From NCBI GenBank assembly GCA_965117045.1, contig OZ220749.1:1156812-1220811 (forward strand): a stretch of DNA of 64,000 nt, in the 5' to 3' direction. Made by a program: the position numbers and the translations under genes. Origin of the DNA: a bacterium (lineage in GTDB: Bacteria; JAAXHH01). Positions 55,194-64,000 of this stretch are shown here, piece by piece; positions within the stretch are counted from its first letter, which is position 1, and the number at the start of each line of letters is the position of its first letter. Under the pieces are notes generated by a model, which was not told the origin of the DNA, made no database searches, and was given only the letters and a program-made list of their open reading frames with translations.

Positions 55194-56141
55194 TCACCCG
55201 ATCCGCTGTCCCACGCCTTCGGCTTTCGCCCGTTCATAGATGACCGCGGCCACGGCAATGTCCTCCACGGCCAGGCCCTGGGATTCGAAGAGCGTGATGT
55301 CGGCGGGCTCGATGCGACCGGGCACATGGCCGGCGACCACGTCGGCCAGTTCGTGTACGCGGTCCCAGTGGAGTATACCCTTCTCCACCGGCTCGAGCAG
55401 GTCTCCGCACTCCACCTTCGCCTGCTCCCTGGAATCGACGGCCACCACCCGAGCCCTCCGGACCGTCTCCGCGTCGATCTCGCTGCGAACGAGCGCGTTG
55501 GAACCGGCGGCATTCACATGAGCGCCGGGCGCCAGCCACGCGCCTTCCAGCACCGGCTGGGCCGAACTGGTGACCGTGATGACCACATCCGCTTCTTCCG
55601 TACAGGCACGGGCCGAATCGACCGGCTGTACTCGCACCCCGAGGGCCTCGCTCATCTCCCGGCAATAGGCCTCCCGACGCGACCGGTCCCGCCCGAAGGC
55701 CTTCACGGAGGTCACCTCGCGTACGCCGCAGACCGCCGCGAGCTGGCTTCGGGCCTGCCATCCCGTACCGATTACACCCACGCTTTGCGCATCCTCCCTG
55801 GCCATGTACTTCGTCGCCACGCCGCTCGCCGCGCCCGTTCGCATCTGCCCGAGACGGTCGGCCTCGATCGCGGCCAGCGGTTCGCCCGTGTCCGCCTGGA
55901 AGAGCAATACGACGAACTTCGCGCCGTGCCGCGTGGTCGTATAGGCCTTCAACCCGGTGAGATTTAGCGCCGGAATCCCTCCGGACATGACGTGGAGCGT
56001 ATGGCCCGGCAGCCGGACCCGGGAACGGGGGATGTTCACCGTCTTTCCCGTTCCGAGCCCGCTGAAAGCCTGTTCGACCGCAAGCAACGCGTCGTCCATG
56101 GACAGTAAACGGCCAATCTGGTCTTCGTTGATGTACAGCAT
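55194..56141 (-). CDS. ornithine cyclodeaminase / mu-crystallin family enzyme
   Basis: MLYINEDQIGRLLSMDDALLAVEQAF and the Rossmann motif VIGTGWQARSQL are present. The start is the internal MLYINED. Confidence 0.8.
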   Translation of the reverse strand: MLYINEDQIGRLLSMDDALLAVEQAFSGLGTGKTVNIPRSRVRLPGHTLHVMSGGIPALNLTGLKAYTTTRHGAKFVVLLFQADTGEPLAAIEADRLGQMRTGAASGVATKYMAREDAQSVGVIGTGWQARSQLAAVCGVREVTSVKAFGRDRSRREAYCREMSEALGVRVQPVDSARACTEEADVVITVTSSAQPVLEGAWLAPGAHVNAAGSNALVRSEIDAETVRRARVVAVDSREQAKVECGDLLEPVEKGILHWDRVHELADVVAGHVPGRIEPADITLFESQGLAVEDIAVAAVIYERAKAEGVGQRIG

Positions 56142-56170
56142 GTCATGCGCTCCGTTCGGATGAGTGCGGG

Positions 56171-56233
56171 TCAGTGCCCGGGCGCAAGTGCCCGGGCGCA
56201 AGTGCTCTGCCGCCGGTGCCCTGCCGCCGGTGC
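56171..56233. repeat. two adjacent pairs of 14-15 bp direct repeats (agtgcccgggcgca x2; ctgccgccggtgcc x2) in the divergent OCD/MFS promoter region
   Basis: Read directly from the sequence. Confidence 0.75.
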
Positions 56234-56398
56234 CCTGTCGCTGACGTCCGGACGCCATGATATCCGGTACATCCAGGCGGTGTCAAGACCAATGTCCCGG
56301 CGGCGGTTCACGGGACGTGTTCGTTGACGGTACCGTCCGCCTTGGCAGAACCGCCCGACCTTGACAGCCCCTGCGGGCATGGTATCTTCAGTTTCGTC

Positions 56399-57634
56399 AT
56401 GCCACTGACCCTTCAAGCCGTCCGAGACCGGTTTCCCGCACTCCAATACCGTGATTTCCGGCTCCTGTGGTCCGGCCAGGTCGTTTCACTCACCGGATCC
56501 CGCATGCAGCAGACGGCCGTACTGTGGCACATGTATCTGTTGACCGAATCCGCGTATGCCCTTGGCGCGATGGCGGTTATAAGACTCATACCCATTGTGG
56601 TCCTGTCCCCGCTCGCCGGGGTGATGGCCGATACGCACGACCGCCGGCGCGTACTGCTCATCGCCCAGTGCGGCCTCGCCCTGATCAGCACGACGCTGGC
56701 ATGGATTACGTGGTCGAAACAGGACTCCGCCACGGCCCTTTACGTAATCACCGCCATCAGCGCGGGGATCGGTTGCTTCAGCAGTCCGGCCAAGAATTCC
56801 ATGGTGCCCAACCTCGTGTCCCGGCGGCATCTCGCCAACGCCATGAGCATCAATATCACCGCGTCCCACGTGGCCTCGGTGACGGGACCGGGCGTGGCCG
56901 GCCTGATCCTGGCCACGGGCTCCATCGCGACCGTCTACTGGATCAATACCGTTTCCTTCGCCTTCATGATCGTGCCGATCCTGATGATGCGCACCGTCCA
57001 CCGGAGCATCGGAAGCGTGACACGGGTCAGCTTCGCCGCGGCCCTCGAGGGACTCCGGTTCATCAAGCGTTCGCCCATCATCCGTTCGGCGATGGTGCTG
57101 GATTTCACCGCCACCTTCTTTGCTTCGGCCACCTCGCTGTTGCCCATCTTCGCCACGGAAGTGCTGGGCGTGGGGGAACGGGGATACGGCCTGCTCTCGG
57201 CGGCGCCGGCGATCGGTGCCGTGCTGACCGGCGCGCTCATGTCCACCTTCCCCGTGATCTCCGGCCAGGGCCGGCTGCTGTTCAAGGCGGTGGGTTGCTA
57301 CGCGCTGGCCACCGTGGTCTTCGGCATTTCATCCAGTTTCTGGCTCACCTTCGCGGCGCTGCTGCTGACCGGCGCCTTCGACACGATCAGCATGGTGCTG
57401 CGCCATACCATCATGCAGCTCGCGACCCCGGACGAACTGCGCGGCCGCATGACCTCGGTGAACATGATGTTCGTCATGGGAGGGCCCCGGCTCGGCGAGG
57501 CCGAAGCCGGGCTGGTGGCGGGACTCGCCGGCGCGCCCTTCTCCGTCGTCACGGGCGGGATCGGCTGCCTGGCTGCCGTCGCTGTCATCGCCTGGCGGTC
57601 ACCCGCACTGAGACGGTACGACGGCCATCGATAG
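56399..57634 (+). CDS. MFS transporter (EntS/YbdA-like)
   Basis: A 12-TM protein with MFS motifs. The start is the internal MPLTLQAVRD. Confidence 0.75.
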   Translation: MPLTLQAVRDRFPALQYRDFRLLWSGQVVSLTGSRMQQTAVLWHMYLLTESAYALGAMAVIRLIPIVVLSPLAGVMADTHDRRRVLLIAQCGLALISTTLAWITWSKQDSATALYVITAISAGIGCFSSPAKNSMVPNLVSRRHLANAMSINITASHVASVTGPGVAGLILATGSIATVYWINTVSFAFMIVPILMMRTVHRSIGSVTRVSFAAALEGLRFIKRSPIIRSAMVLDFTATFFASATSLLPIFATEVLGVGERGYGLLSAAPAIGAVLTGALMSTFPVISGQGRLLFKAVGCYALATVVFGISSSFWLTFAALLLTGAFDTISMVLRHTIMQLATPDELRGRMTSVNMMFVMGGPRLGEAEAGLVAGLAGAPFSVVTGGIGCLAAVAVIAWRSPALRRYDGHR

Positions 57635-57656
57635 CCTGGTACCAGGAGGATATTCC

Positions 57657-58508
57657 ATGATCTACGATGTGCATTCCCATGCCTGGAGGTATCCCGATCA
57701 CTTCAACGACACTTTCCGGCAACAGGCCATTCGCATGCGGGGTTACGAACTGGACCTGACGCCTTCGTACGAAGGTTATCTTTCCTCGGCCCGGAACGCC
57801 GGTGAGTCCGTGAAGACCGTGGTCTTCGGCGGAAAGGCGAGGCTGTCGGGGCTGTGGACGCCCGACCGATACGTGGCGGATTACTGCGCGGCCCATCCCG
57901 AACAGACGATTCCTTTCATGTCGCTGGACCCCACGCAGGACGGCTGGAGAGAGGAGATGATCGAGGGCCGGGAACACCTGGGCATGCGGGGCATCAAGCT
58001 GCTGCCCATGTACGCCGGCTTCTATCCCCAGGACGCCGAACTCGACGACCTTTGGCGCTACGCCGCCCGTAACGGGCTACCCGTCCTGCTGCACACCGGG
58101 ACCACCTTCGTGGACCAGGCGCCGCTGGACTGCACCCTGCCCCGGCACCTGGACGCGGTCGCCATCCGGTTCCCCGAATGCAGGATCATCATGGCCCATC
58201 TCGGCCATCCCTACGAAGGCGAAACCGTGGCGGTCATCCGCAAGCATCCCAACGTATATACCGACGTTTCCGGACTGCACTACCGTCCCTTTCAGCTCTA
58301 TCACAGTCTCATGCTCGTCCAGGAATACGGGGTATGGAACAAGCTGTTCTTCGGCACCGACTACCCGGTAACGACGGTAGACGATACGCTGCGGGACCTG
58401 CGCGGCCTGAACGCCATGCTCGAAGGCACTGCCCTTCCCCGGCTGGACCAGGATGAAATGGAAGAGATGATTCACCGGGACGCGGGGGAGATACTGGGGA
58501 TCGGGTGA
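57657..58508 (+). CDS. amidohydrolase-2 family TIM-barrel metal-dependent hydrolase/decarboxylase
   Basis: MIYDVHSH and HLGHPYEGE match the ACMSD-family metal-binding His/Asp pattern. Confidence 0.7.
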   Translation: MIYDVHSHAWRYPDHFNDTFRQQAIRMRGYELDLTPSYEGYLSSARNAGESVKTVVFGGKARLSGLWTPDRYVADYCAAHPEQTIPFMSLDPTQDGWREEMIEGREHLGMRGIKLLPMYAGFYPQDAELDDLWRYAARNGLPVLLHTGTTFVDQAPLDCTLPRHLDAVAIRFPECRIIMAHLGHPYEGETVAVIRKHPNVYTDVSGLHYRPFQLYHSLMLVQEYGVWNKLFFGTDYPVTTVDDTLRDLRGLNAMLEGTALPRLDQDEMEEMIHRDAGEILGIG

Positions 58509-60245
58509 TCAGTCCTCGCCGGTCAGCCACTGCCAGAACCGGAAGCGCTCCGGTTTCTTTTTCGTGGGATCCTCGAAGACGTCCCGGGTGATGTAAAGAT
58601 TGGTCTGCAGGTTGGACATGAGTTCGCCGCGCCAGGCCCGATAACCCCACTGGTTGGGTTCCAGGGATGCGCCCCGTACGAAGGGTTTCCAGATCTGGTT
58701 GATCCGGATGTACCAGAGGAATATCCCACCGGCTTCGTCCACGAGGATACGCTCGGCGTCCCGGTACATGGCCATGCGCCGGACGGGATCGCCTACCAGT
58801 TCATTGGCCTGCCGCACGAGAAGTTCGAAACGGTCGTTGTGCCAGGCGTGGCGTCCGTTGGAGAGCCAGATGGTCAGCAGGTTCCCCGCATCGATGAAGT
58901 CGTACTGGTAGGGGACCATGCCGATGGTCAGCTCCCGGGCGCTCATGGCATCCAGGTAGACCTTGCGCTCCACGTTGCGGACGCCTACATCCAGCGCCAG
59001 GTGCTGATTCAGCATGGCCTGCACCGCCTCCGCGGCCGTCCGGATGTTGGCGGCTTCCCCGCGCAGCCAGATGTTCACTTCCGGAAAACCGCGGCCGCCG
59101 GGGTAGCCGGCTTCGGCGAGATAGCGACGGGCGAGTTCGGGATCGAACCGCTGCAGCGGGGCCAGTTCTTCCGAGCTGGAACCCGGGAACCCGGGCGGAA
59201 GCATGGAAGAAGCCGGGATGCCGACGTCCCGCATGGCCGACTTGATGATGGCCTCGACATCGATGGCATGGGCGAAGGCCTTGCGTACGCGGACATCGTC
59301 GAAGGGCGGGTTGTACGTGTCCAGCATCAGGTAGTACGTAGCGAAGTCCGTATAGGCATTGAGTTGATCTCGAAGCATCGGATCAGCCTTGATCCGGTTG
59401 ATCTCGGCCTGGTTGGTCAGGGGGACATAGTCCACCTCGCCGGCTTCATAGGCGGAGAGAAACTGGGGCGGTACGGCGAGGTTGTATAACCTGGACACGA
59501 CGCGCTCCAGCATGGGCCTGGTGGGACCCCGGTAGTTCTCGTTGATTCCGAGCACTATCCGGTCGCCCTTGATCCATTCGACCAAACGGTAGGGTCCGCT
59601 GCCGAAATGGGTTTCGGGCCGTGTCGCCCATTCCGGACCGTACTTGTCGAAGAGATGCGTCGGCGATACCCAGCTCTTGGCGAGCAAAAGCGGAAGGTAG
59701 GGCGTGGGGCGTTCCGTCGTGAACGCCACGGTGTGCTCATCTAGGGCCTTGACGCCCAGGGAATCGAGCGGAAGGCGGCGGCCAACGACATCGGTCCAGT
59801 TCTTTATCGATCGGAAGTACCATTCGAAGTCAAAGCCCGTATCGGGATTCGCCCAGCGGTGGAAGGTGGCCTCATAGTCGCGGGCCGTCAGGGGATGGCC
59901 GTCGGCGAAGATCATCCCCTTGCGTATCTGGTAGGTCCAGGTCAGCCCGTCTTCAGACAGTTCCCAGGAAGTGGCTCCGGCCGGAAGCAGATTGAAATTC
60001 CGGTCCACGCGGACGAGCGGCTCGGCCACCAGGCCCACACCCCAGGCCTGCTTGTATGTGGAAGTACCCCGGTCCAGGTACCGGTTGTCGGGAGAAAACT
60101 GGGTGAGGACCTGAAGTTCCGGCGGCGCGGCGTCGGGAGGGAGCGTGACGCCGAATGAGTTGACATACTGTTCAGTCCCGCCAGGGTCCGCCCCATCGTC
60201 ATCCTGCAATGCGAGGACGGAAAGGCTCGACAGCGCAGCGGCCAT
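58509..60245 (-). CDS. ABC transporter substrate-binding protein, family 5 (peptide/nickel type)
   Basis: SBP_bac_5 layout across about 580 aa. The signal-peptide-like region (RVRQVALLRLLGMAAALSSLSVLA) suggests the real start is a non-ATG codon upstream of 60245. The track ORF to 60674 is over-extended. Confidence 0.65.
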   Translation of the reverse strand: MAAALSSLSVLALQDDDGADPGGTEQYVNSFGVTLPPDAAPPELQVLTQFSPDNRYLDRGTSTYKQAWGVGLVAEPLVRVDRNFNLLPAGATSWELSEDGLTWTYQIRKGMIFADGHPLTARDYEATFHRWANPDTGFDFEWYFRSIKNWTDVVGRRLPLDSLGVKALDEHTVAFTTERPTPYLPLLLAKSWVSPTHLFDKYGPEWATRPETHFGSGPYRLVEWIKGDRIVLGINENYRGPTRPMLERVVSRLYNLAVPPQFLSAYEAGEVDYVPLTNQAEINRIKADPMLRDQLNAYTDFATYYLMLDTYNPPFDDVRVRKAFAHAIDVEAIIKSAMRDVGIPASSMLPPGFPGSSSEELAPLQRFDPELARRYLAEAGYPGGRGFPEVNIWLRGEAANIRTAAEAVQAMLNQHLALDVGVRNVERKVYLDAMSARELTIGMVPYQYDFIDAGNLLTIWLSNGRHAWHNDRFELLVRQANELVGDPVRRMAMYRDAERILVDEAGGIFLWYIRINQIWKPFVRGASLEPNQWGYRAWRGELMSNLQTNLYITRDVFEDPTKKKPERFRFWQWLTGED

Positions 60246-60555
60246 CCCAAGCAGGCGCAGAAGAGCCACCTGGCGCACGCGCCCCGCCCTCCGCAGGATG
60301 GTCGCAACCTGAGTAAACCGGAACAACGGCAGTGTCCCTTTGTCTATGAATTGGAAATTGAAATGAAATTGCAGGTGGATCTTACTGAAATCCGGCGGGA
60401 ATGTCAACGTTTTCGTCCCCGTCCGACTGCCATAAAAACGGGTGACATGAAGTGCCTGAGCGATTACTCTATACTGGATCCGAACAGTAGTAACCGCCTC
60501 CCGATTCGAGGGAACCGGGAGCTTGCAAGGCGGCTTCCACAGAAAGGAAAACAGC

Positions 60556-61575
60556 ATGTCAATCGCCACGAGACAACTGGGAACCACGGATGCTAACGTG
60601 ACCGAACTGGGATTCGGCAGCGCGCCGCTGGGAGACCTGTTCCAGCCCGTCACGGACGCGAAGTCGCGCGCCACGCTCCGTGCGGCCTGGCGGGCCGGTA
60701 TCCGCTACTACGACACGTCGCCCTGGTACGGTTACGGAAAGAGCGAATTGAGGCTGGGTGAGCTGCTCCGCCAGAAGAGCCACGGCTCCTACGTGGTGTC
60801 CACCAAGGTCGGCCGCGTTTTCAAGGCGACGCGGGACCTGAAGCACTTCGATCAAGGGTTCTGGTGCGGCGGGCTGCCCTTCGACCATGTCTACGATTAC
60901 AGCTACGACGGTATCATGCGGTCCTACGAAGACAGCCTGATCCGCTTCGGGGTCCACCGCATCGACCTGCTGCTGATCCACGACCTCGACCCCTTCTACC
61001 ACAACGAGCCGCAGATCCAGGCCTACCTGCACCAGCTGTTCACCAGCGGCTGGCGCGCGCTGGCGGAACTCAAGGCCTCGGGCGACATCAAGGGCGTGGG
61101 CGCCGGCCTGAACAAGACCGGGATGATGCTGCGCTTCCTGGACCTGATGCCCCTGGACTTCTTTATCGTCGCCATGCCTTACACGCTCCTGGACCAGGAC
61201 GCGCTGGAACTGGAACTGCCCCGGTGCGTGGAGGACGGCATCGGTATCGTGATCGGCGCCGTCTTCGCCTCGGGCATCCTGGTGACGGGACCCACGGAGC
61301 ATTCGACCTACGGTTACTATCCCGCGACGCCCGAAATCATGGAGAAAACCCGTCGCATTCAGGCTGTTTGCGACCGGCACGGCGTGCCCCTGGCCGCGGC
61401 CGCGTTGCAGTTCCCGCTGTTTCACCCGGCGGTCGCGTCCGTCATTCCCGGCGCAGTCCGTCCCGAGTACGTCGAATCGAACCTGGCCAATTACCAGCAT
61501 CCCATACCTGCCGACCTCTGGGCAGAACTCAAATCGGACGGGCTGATACGCGACGACGCTCCGGTTCCGGGTTAG
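60556..61575 (+). CDS. aldo/keto reductase
   Basis: GFGSAPLG...YDTSPWYGYGKSE and the conserved catalytic Tyr/Lys region are present. The start MSIATRQ follows an AAAGGAAA ribosome-binding site. Confidence 0.8.
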   Translation: MSIATRQLGTTDANVTELGFGSAPLGDLFQPVTDAKSRATLRAAWRAGIRYYDTSPWYGYGKSELRLGELLRQKSHGSYVVSTKVGRVFKATRDLKHFDQGFWCGGLPFDHVYDYSYDGIMRSYEDSLIRFGVHRIDLLLIHDLDPFYHNEPQIQAYLHQLFTSGWRALAELKASGDIKGVGAGLNKTGMMLRFLDLMPLDFFIVAMPYTLLDQDALELELPRCVEDGIGIVIGAVFASGILVTGPTEHSTYGYYPATPEIMEKTRRIQAVCDRHGVPLAAAALQFPLFHPAVASVIPGAVRPEYVESNLANYQHPIPADLWAELKSDGLIRDDAPVPG

Positions 61576-61581
61576 GCGCCC

Positions 61582-62322
61582 ATGGAATTCGAACTCTGGC
61601 AGCTGTTCCTGCTCGCCGGCGTGGGCGTTATATCGGGATTCCTGAACGTCTTGGCGGGCGGCGGCTCGCTGCTGGCCCTTCCCGTGCTCATCTTCCTGGG
61701 CCTGCCCGGAAACGTGGCCAACGGCACCAACCGCGTGGCCATCGTCGCCCAGAACGCATCGGCCGTCACCAGCTTCTTCAAGCAGGGGTATTCGGATCTA
61801 CGCACCATGCTGACCCTCGCGCTCTGCGCCGTGCCGGGGGCGGCATTGGGGGCGTACCTGGGAACCCAGGTCAGCGGCGAGCTGTTCAACAGGATCCTCG
61901 GCGGCCTGATGATCCTGCTGCTGATCCTGATGAGCAGGAAAAAACGTGATGTGGAGACCACCGAGAAACCGAAGCGACTCGTCCTGGGACACATCCTGAT
62001 GGCCGCGGTGGGGTTCTACGGCGGTTTCATCCAGGCCGGGGTCGGGTTCTTTCTCATGGCGGTGCTCTACCGTGTCGTCGGCCTGGACCTCGTCCGAGTA
62101 AACGCCTTCAAGGTATTCATCATCGGCATCTATACCCTCGTCGCGCTGGCCATCTTCGCGGATAAGGGACAGGTGCTCTGGCTGCTCGGGGCCGCCCTGG
62201 CGGTGGGCACGACGGCCGGCGGATGGATCGGCGCCCATTTCACCGTCAAGCGGGGCGAGGGACTGATCCGCGTGATCCTGAACGTGGTATTGGTCGTCAT
62301 GGCGATCCGGCTCCTGTTCTGA
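61582..62322 (+). CDS. TauE/SafE-family anion (sulfite) exporter
   Basis: A 246-aa membrane protein with the duplicated 4-TM TauE pattern (FLAGGGSLLALPVLIFLGLP). Confidence 0.75.
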   Translation: MEFELWQLFLLAGVGVISGFLNVLAGGGSLLALPVLIFLGLPGNVANGTNRVAIVAQNASAVTSFFKQGYSDLRTMLTLALCAVPGAALGAYLGTQVSGELFNRILGGLMILLLILMSRKKRDVETTEKPKRLVLGHILMAAVGFYGGFIQAGVGFFLMAVLYRVVGLDLVRVNAFKVFIIGIYTLVALAIFADKGQVLWLLGAALAVGTTAGGWIGAHFTVKRGEGLIRVILNVVLVVMAIRLLF

Positions 62323-62345
62323 CACCCAATGCAACGGAGTTCATC

Positions 62346-63761
62346 GTGACCGGCTCCGCAAGCCCTTCCCGTCCGAACGTCATCCTCTGCATCTGCGACC
62401 AGTTGCGTGCGTTCGAAGTGGGATGCTACGGAAACGAGGTCGTCCGGACGCCCCACCTGGACCGGCTCGCGGCCGAAGGCGTGCGATTCGAAACGGCGGT
62501 GAGCAACAACCCCGTCTGCATGCCTGCCAGGTCCTGTCTCCTGTCGGGCCAATACAGCCGGACCTGCATGGGCGCGCTGGGCAACTTCGCGGAGCGGCAG
62601 GCGGATGGATCCACGACGATGCCCGAATTTCCGGCAGGCGGCCGGCCCCACCTGCCCGCTCCGGCGCTGCCCGAGATGTTCAAAACGCTGGGTTACGATA
62701 CGGCGCTGATCGGGAAATGGCACGTCCATTCCGCGCCCGGACCGCTGGGGTTCGACTACAGCCTGTACCCGCGGGTCCACCACCGGCACAGCGGGCAGTC
62801 CTTCGTGGAGAACGACGGTGAGGAGTTTCCGGTGGAGGGATTCAGCGTCCGCTTCGAATCGGACCAGGTCGGGGGCTACCTGAGAGACCGCGAGAACCAG
62901 GCGAAACCCTTTTTTCTCTACTACAGCATCTCTCCACCCCACATGCCCCTCATGGACGCACCCGATACGTACCTGGATATGTACGATCCCTCCGATATCC
63001 CCCTGCGGCCCAACGTCTGGCGGGACGGCCGGCTGCCTTGCGACGAACACTGGTTCAAAGTCTACCTCTGGGACTTTCTCTTCTACGAAAAAGACCTGCC
63101 GTTCACGCGCAGGCTGCCCCCCGGATTCGATCTGCGGCACCTGATCGCCCTTTATTACGGCATGACGACCTGGGTGGACGACATGGTCGGCCGCCTCATA
63201 CACTTCCTGAAGGCGTACCACCTCGCGGAAAACACCATCGTCGTTTTCCTCTCCGATCACGGGGACAACCTCGGCAGCCACCACCTGTTCAACAAGGGCC
63301 GCCTGATCGAAGAGTCCATCCGCATCCCTATGGTCTTTCACGCGCCGGGACGCCTGAATCCCCGGGTCGATACGACCACGACGGCCCAGCTCATCGACAT
63401 CATGCCCACCCTGCTTTCCTTCTGCGGAGGCTCCGTTCCCGCCCACGTCCAGGGGCGCGACCTCGCGTCGACGGTTTCGGGCGGGACCGGACCGGAGGAA
63501 GACGAGGGCGTGTTCGTGGAGACTTCCGGGGGAGAGGTCGGACTGCGCACGTCGACCCACACCTACGGGATCCGCGTCGATCCGAAGAACGGAAGCGTCC
63601 TGGATGAAAGGGCGTGCTTCTTCGATCTGCGGACCGACCCCTACCAGTTGGCCAACCTGAGGAACTCCGACCGCGACACGGGGCTGGCGGCCGGTCTCCG
63701 GGACCGGGTGCTCGACTGGCACCACGCAACGCCGTGGATGGACCACGGCGCATCGCGGTGA
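62346..63761 (+). CDS. sulfatase (Cys-type, formylglycine-dependent)
   Basis: ILCICDQLR is followed by CMPARSCLLSGQ, the C-x-P-x-R motif. A GTG start is likely, since the track ORF begins inside the TauE gene. Confidence 0.8.
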   Translation: MTGSASPSRPNVILCICDQLRAFEVGCYGNEVVRTPHLDRLAAEGVRFETAVSNNPVCMPARSCLLSGQYSRTCMGALGNFAERQADGSTTMPEFPAGGRPHLPAPALPEMFKTLGYDTALIGKWHVHSAPGPLGFDYSLYPRVHHRHSGQSFVENDGEEFPVEGFSVRFESDQVGGYLRDRENQAKPFFLYYSISPPHMPLMDAPDTYLDMYDPSDIPLRPNVWRDGRLPCDEHWFKVYLWDFLFYEKDLPFTRRLPPGFDLRHLIALYYGMTTWVDDMVGRLIHFLKAYHLAENTIVVFLSDHGDNLGSHHLFNKGRLIEESIRIPMVFHAPGRLNPRVDTTTTAQLIDIMPTLLSFCGGSVPAHVQGRDLASTVSGGTGPEEDEGVFVETSGGEVGLRTSTHTYGIRVDPKNGSVLDERACFFDLRTDPYQLANLRNSDRDTGLAAGLRDRVLDWHHATPWMDHGASR

Positions 63762-63783
63762 TGCATCCCAGCGGGAACCCCTT

Positions 63784-64000
63784 ATGACCGAAGCGAGCCG
63801 GGAAGGTAACAACCGTCTGATCGTGGTGTTGTTCGGCCTCATGTTCGTGGCCGTCGCCGACAACCAGATGATCTCCCCGCTCCTGCCCGACCTGATGGCC
63901 GCTTTTGGCATGGGCGCGGGCCGCGCCGGGCTGCTGGTCTCGGTCTACGCCATCGCCGCGGCCGTGGTCTCTTTCGCGATCGGGCCGCTGTCGGACCGGA
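63784..64000 (+). CDS. MFS transporter, N-terminal fragment (runs off window)
   Basis: MTEASREGNNRLIVVLFGLMFVAVADNQMISPLLPD is the TM1/motif-A region of an MFS protein. Confidence 0.55.
   Translation, partial: MTEASREGNNRLIVVLFGLMFVAVADNQMISPLLPDLMAAFGMGAGRAGLLVSVYAIAAAVVSFAIGPLSDR

Noticed and set aside
58509-60674. Full 721-aa extent of the family-5 SBP ORF.
   Set aside because: The first roughly 140 aa have no SBP homology and overlap the promoter and start of the divergent AKR gene. A signal-peptide-like segment begins just upstream of Met144, so the start was moved to about 60245, probably a non-ATG codon slightly upstream.

Overview
This is a 64 kb window of high-GC (about 65-68%) bacterial chromosome, densely coding on both strands. 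I can support about 50 protein genes plus one tRNA-Phe(GAA). There is no rRNA, no CRISPR array and no recognisable mobile element. Because of the GC content, almost every real gene is shadowed by long Arg/Pro/Gly-rich antisense or out-of-frame ORFs, which I rejected. The ORF track reports GTG/TTG starts as M, so several true starts are non-ATG or internal; I adjusted these where homology made it clear. Left to right: (1) housekeeping genes on the minus strand (partial kdsB, gatC, uvrD/pcrA-type helicase). (2) A translationally coupled sugar-activation cassette: GHMP sugar kinase, GalU-like sugar-1-P nucleotidyltransferase, RraA-family protein. (3) Two transporters: an MFS fused to a C-terminal HEAT-repeat domain, and an SSS symporter. 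(4) Pyruvate kinase and type-2 isoleucyl-tRNA synthetase. (5) A long minus-strand array: leucyl aminopeptidase, metallophosphoesterase, NuoE/NuoF-fusion FDH beta, Cys-type Mo formate dehydrogenase alpha, ECF sigma factor, and a zinc-finger anti-sigma factor with a bactofilin-like repeat domain. (6) FmdB zinc ribbon, orphan GlcF-like Fe-S oxidoreductase, DapA-family lyase, LeuB/tartrate-DH-family dehydrogenase, a small HEAT+Zn-ribbon protein, an FAH-family hydrolase, and an orphan pentahaem cytochrome c beside tRNA-Phe. (7) The most unusual locus, about 34.6-45.3 kb: FtsX-type permease, a PhyH-family 2OG-Fe(II) dioxygenase fused to HEAT repeats, an ABC-2 exporter (ATPase plus two DUF990-type permeases), a small SAM methyltransferase, a DUF218/YdcF-like protein, a second PhyH-family protein whose iron-binding motif reads H-C-A where H-x-D is expected, and an L-rhamnonate-dehydratase-like enolase. 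This looks like an uncharacterised small-molecule tailoring/export module. (8) MscS channel, MltF-like lytic transglycosylase, MgtE, YihY/BrkB. (9) A catabolic island: two class-V aminotransferases, HpcH aldolase, ornithine-cyclodeaminase-family enzyme, MFS, amidohydrolase-2, family-5 SBP, aldo-keto reductase, TauE/SafE exporter, and Cys-type sulfatase (a second sulfatase sits at 16.4 kb). Running through the window is a family of 9-bp/15-bp-periodic GC-rich tandem repeats with a CCNGGNCCN-like core: inside genes they form in-frame Gly/Pro- or Asp/Gln-rich inserts, and outside genes they form short arrays. There are also four perfect or near-perfect 14-33 bp tandem duplications exactly at gene ends or promoters. 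All functional calls are from recognising motifs and domains by eye; no database search was run.
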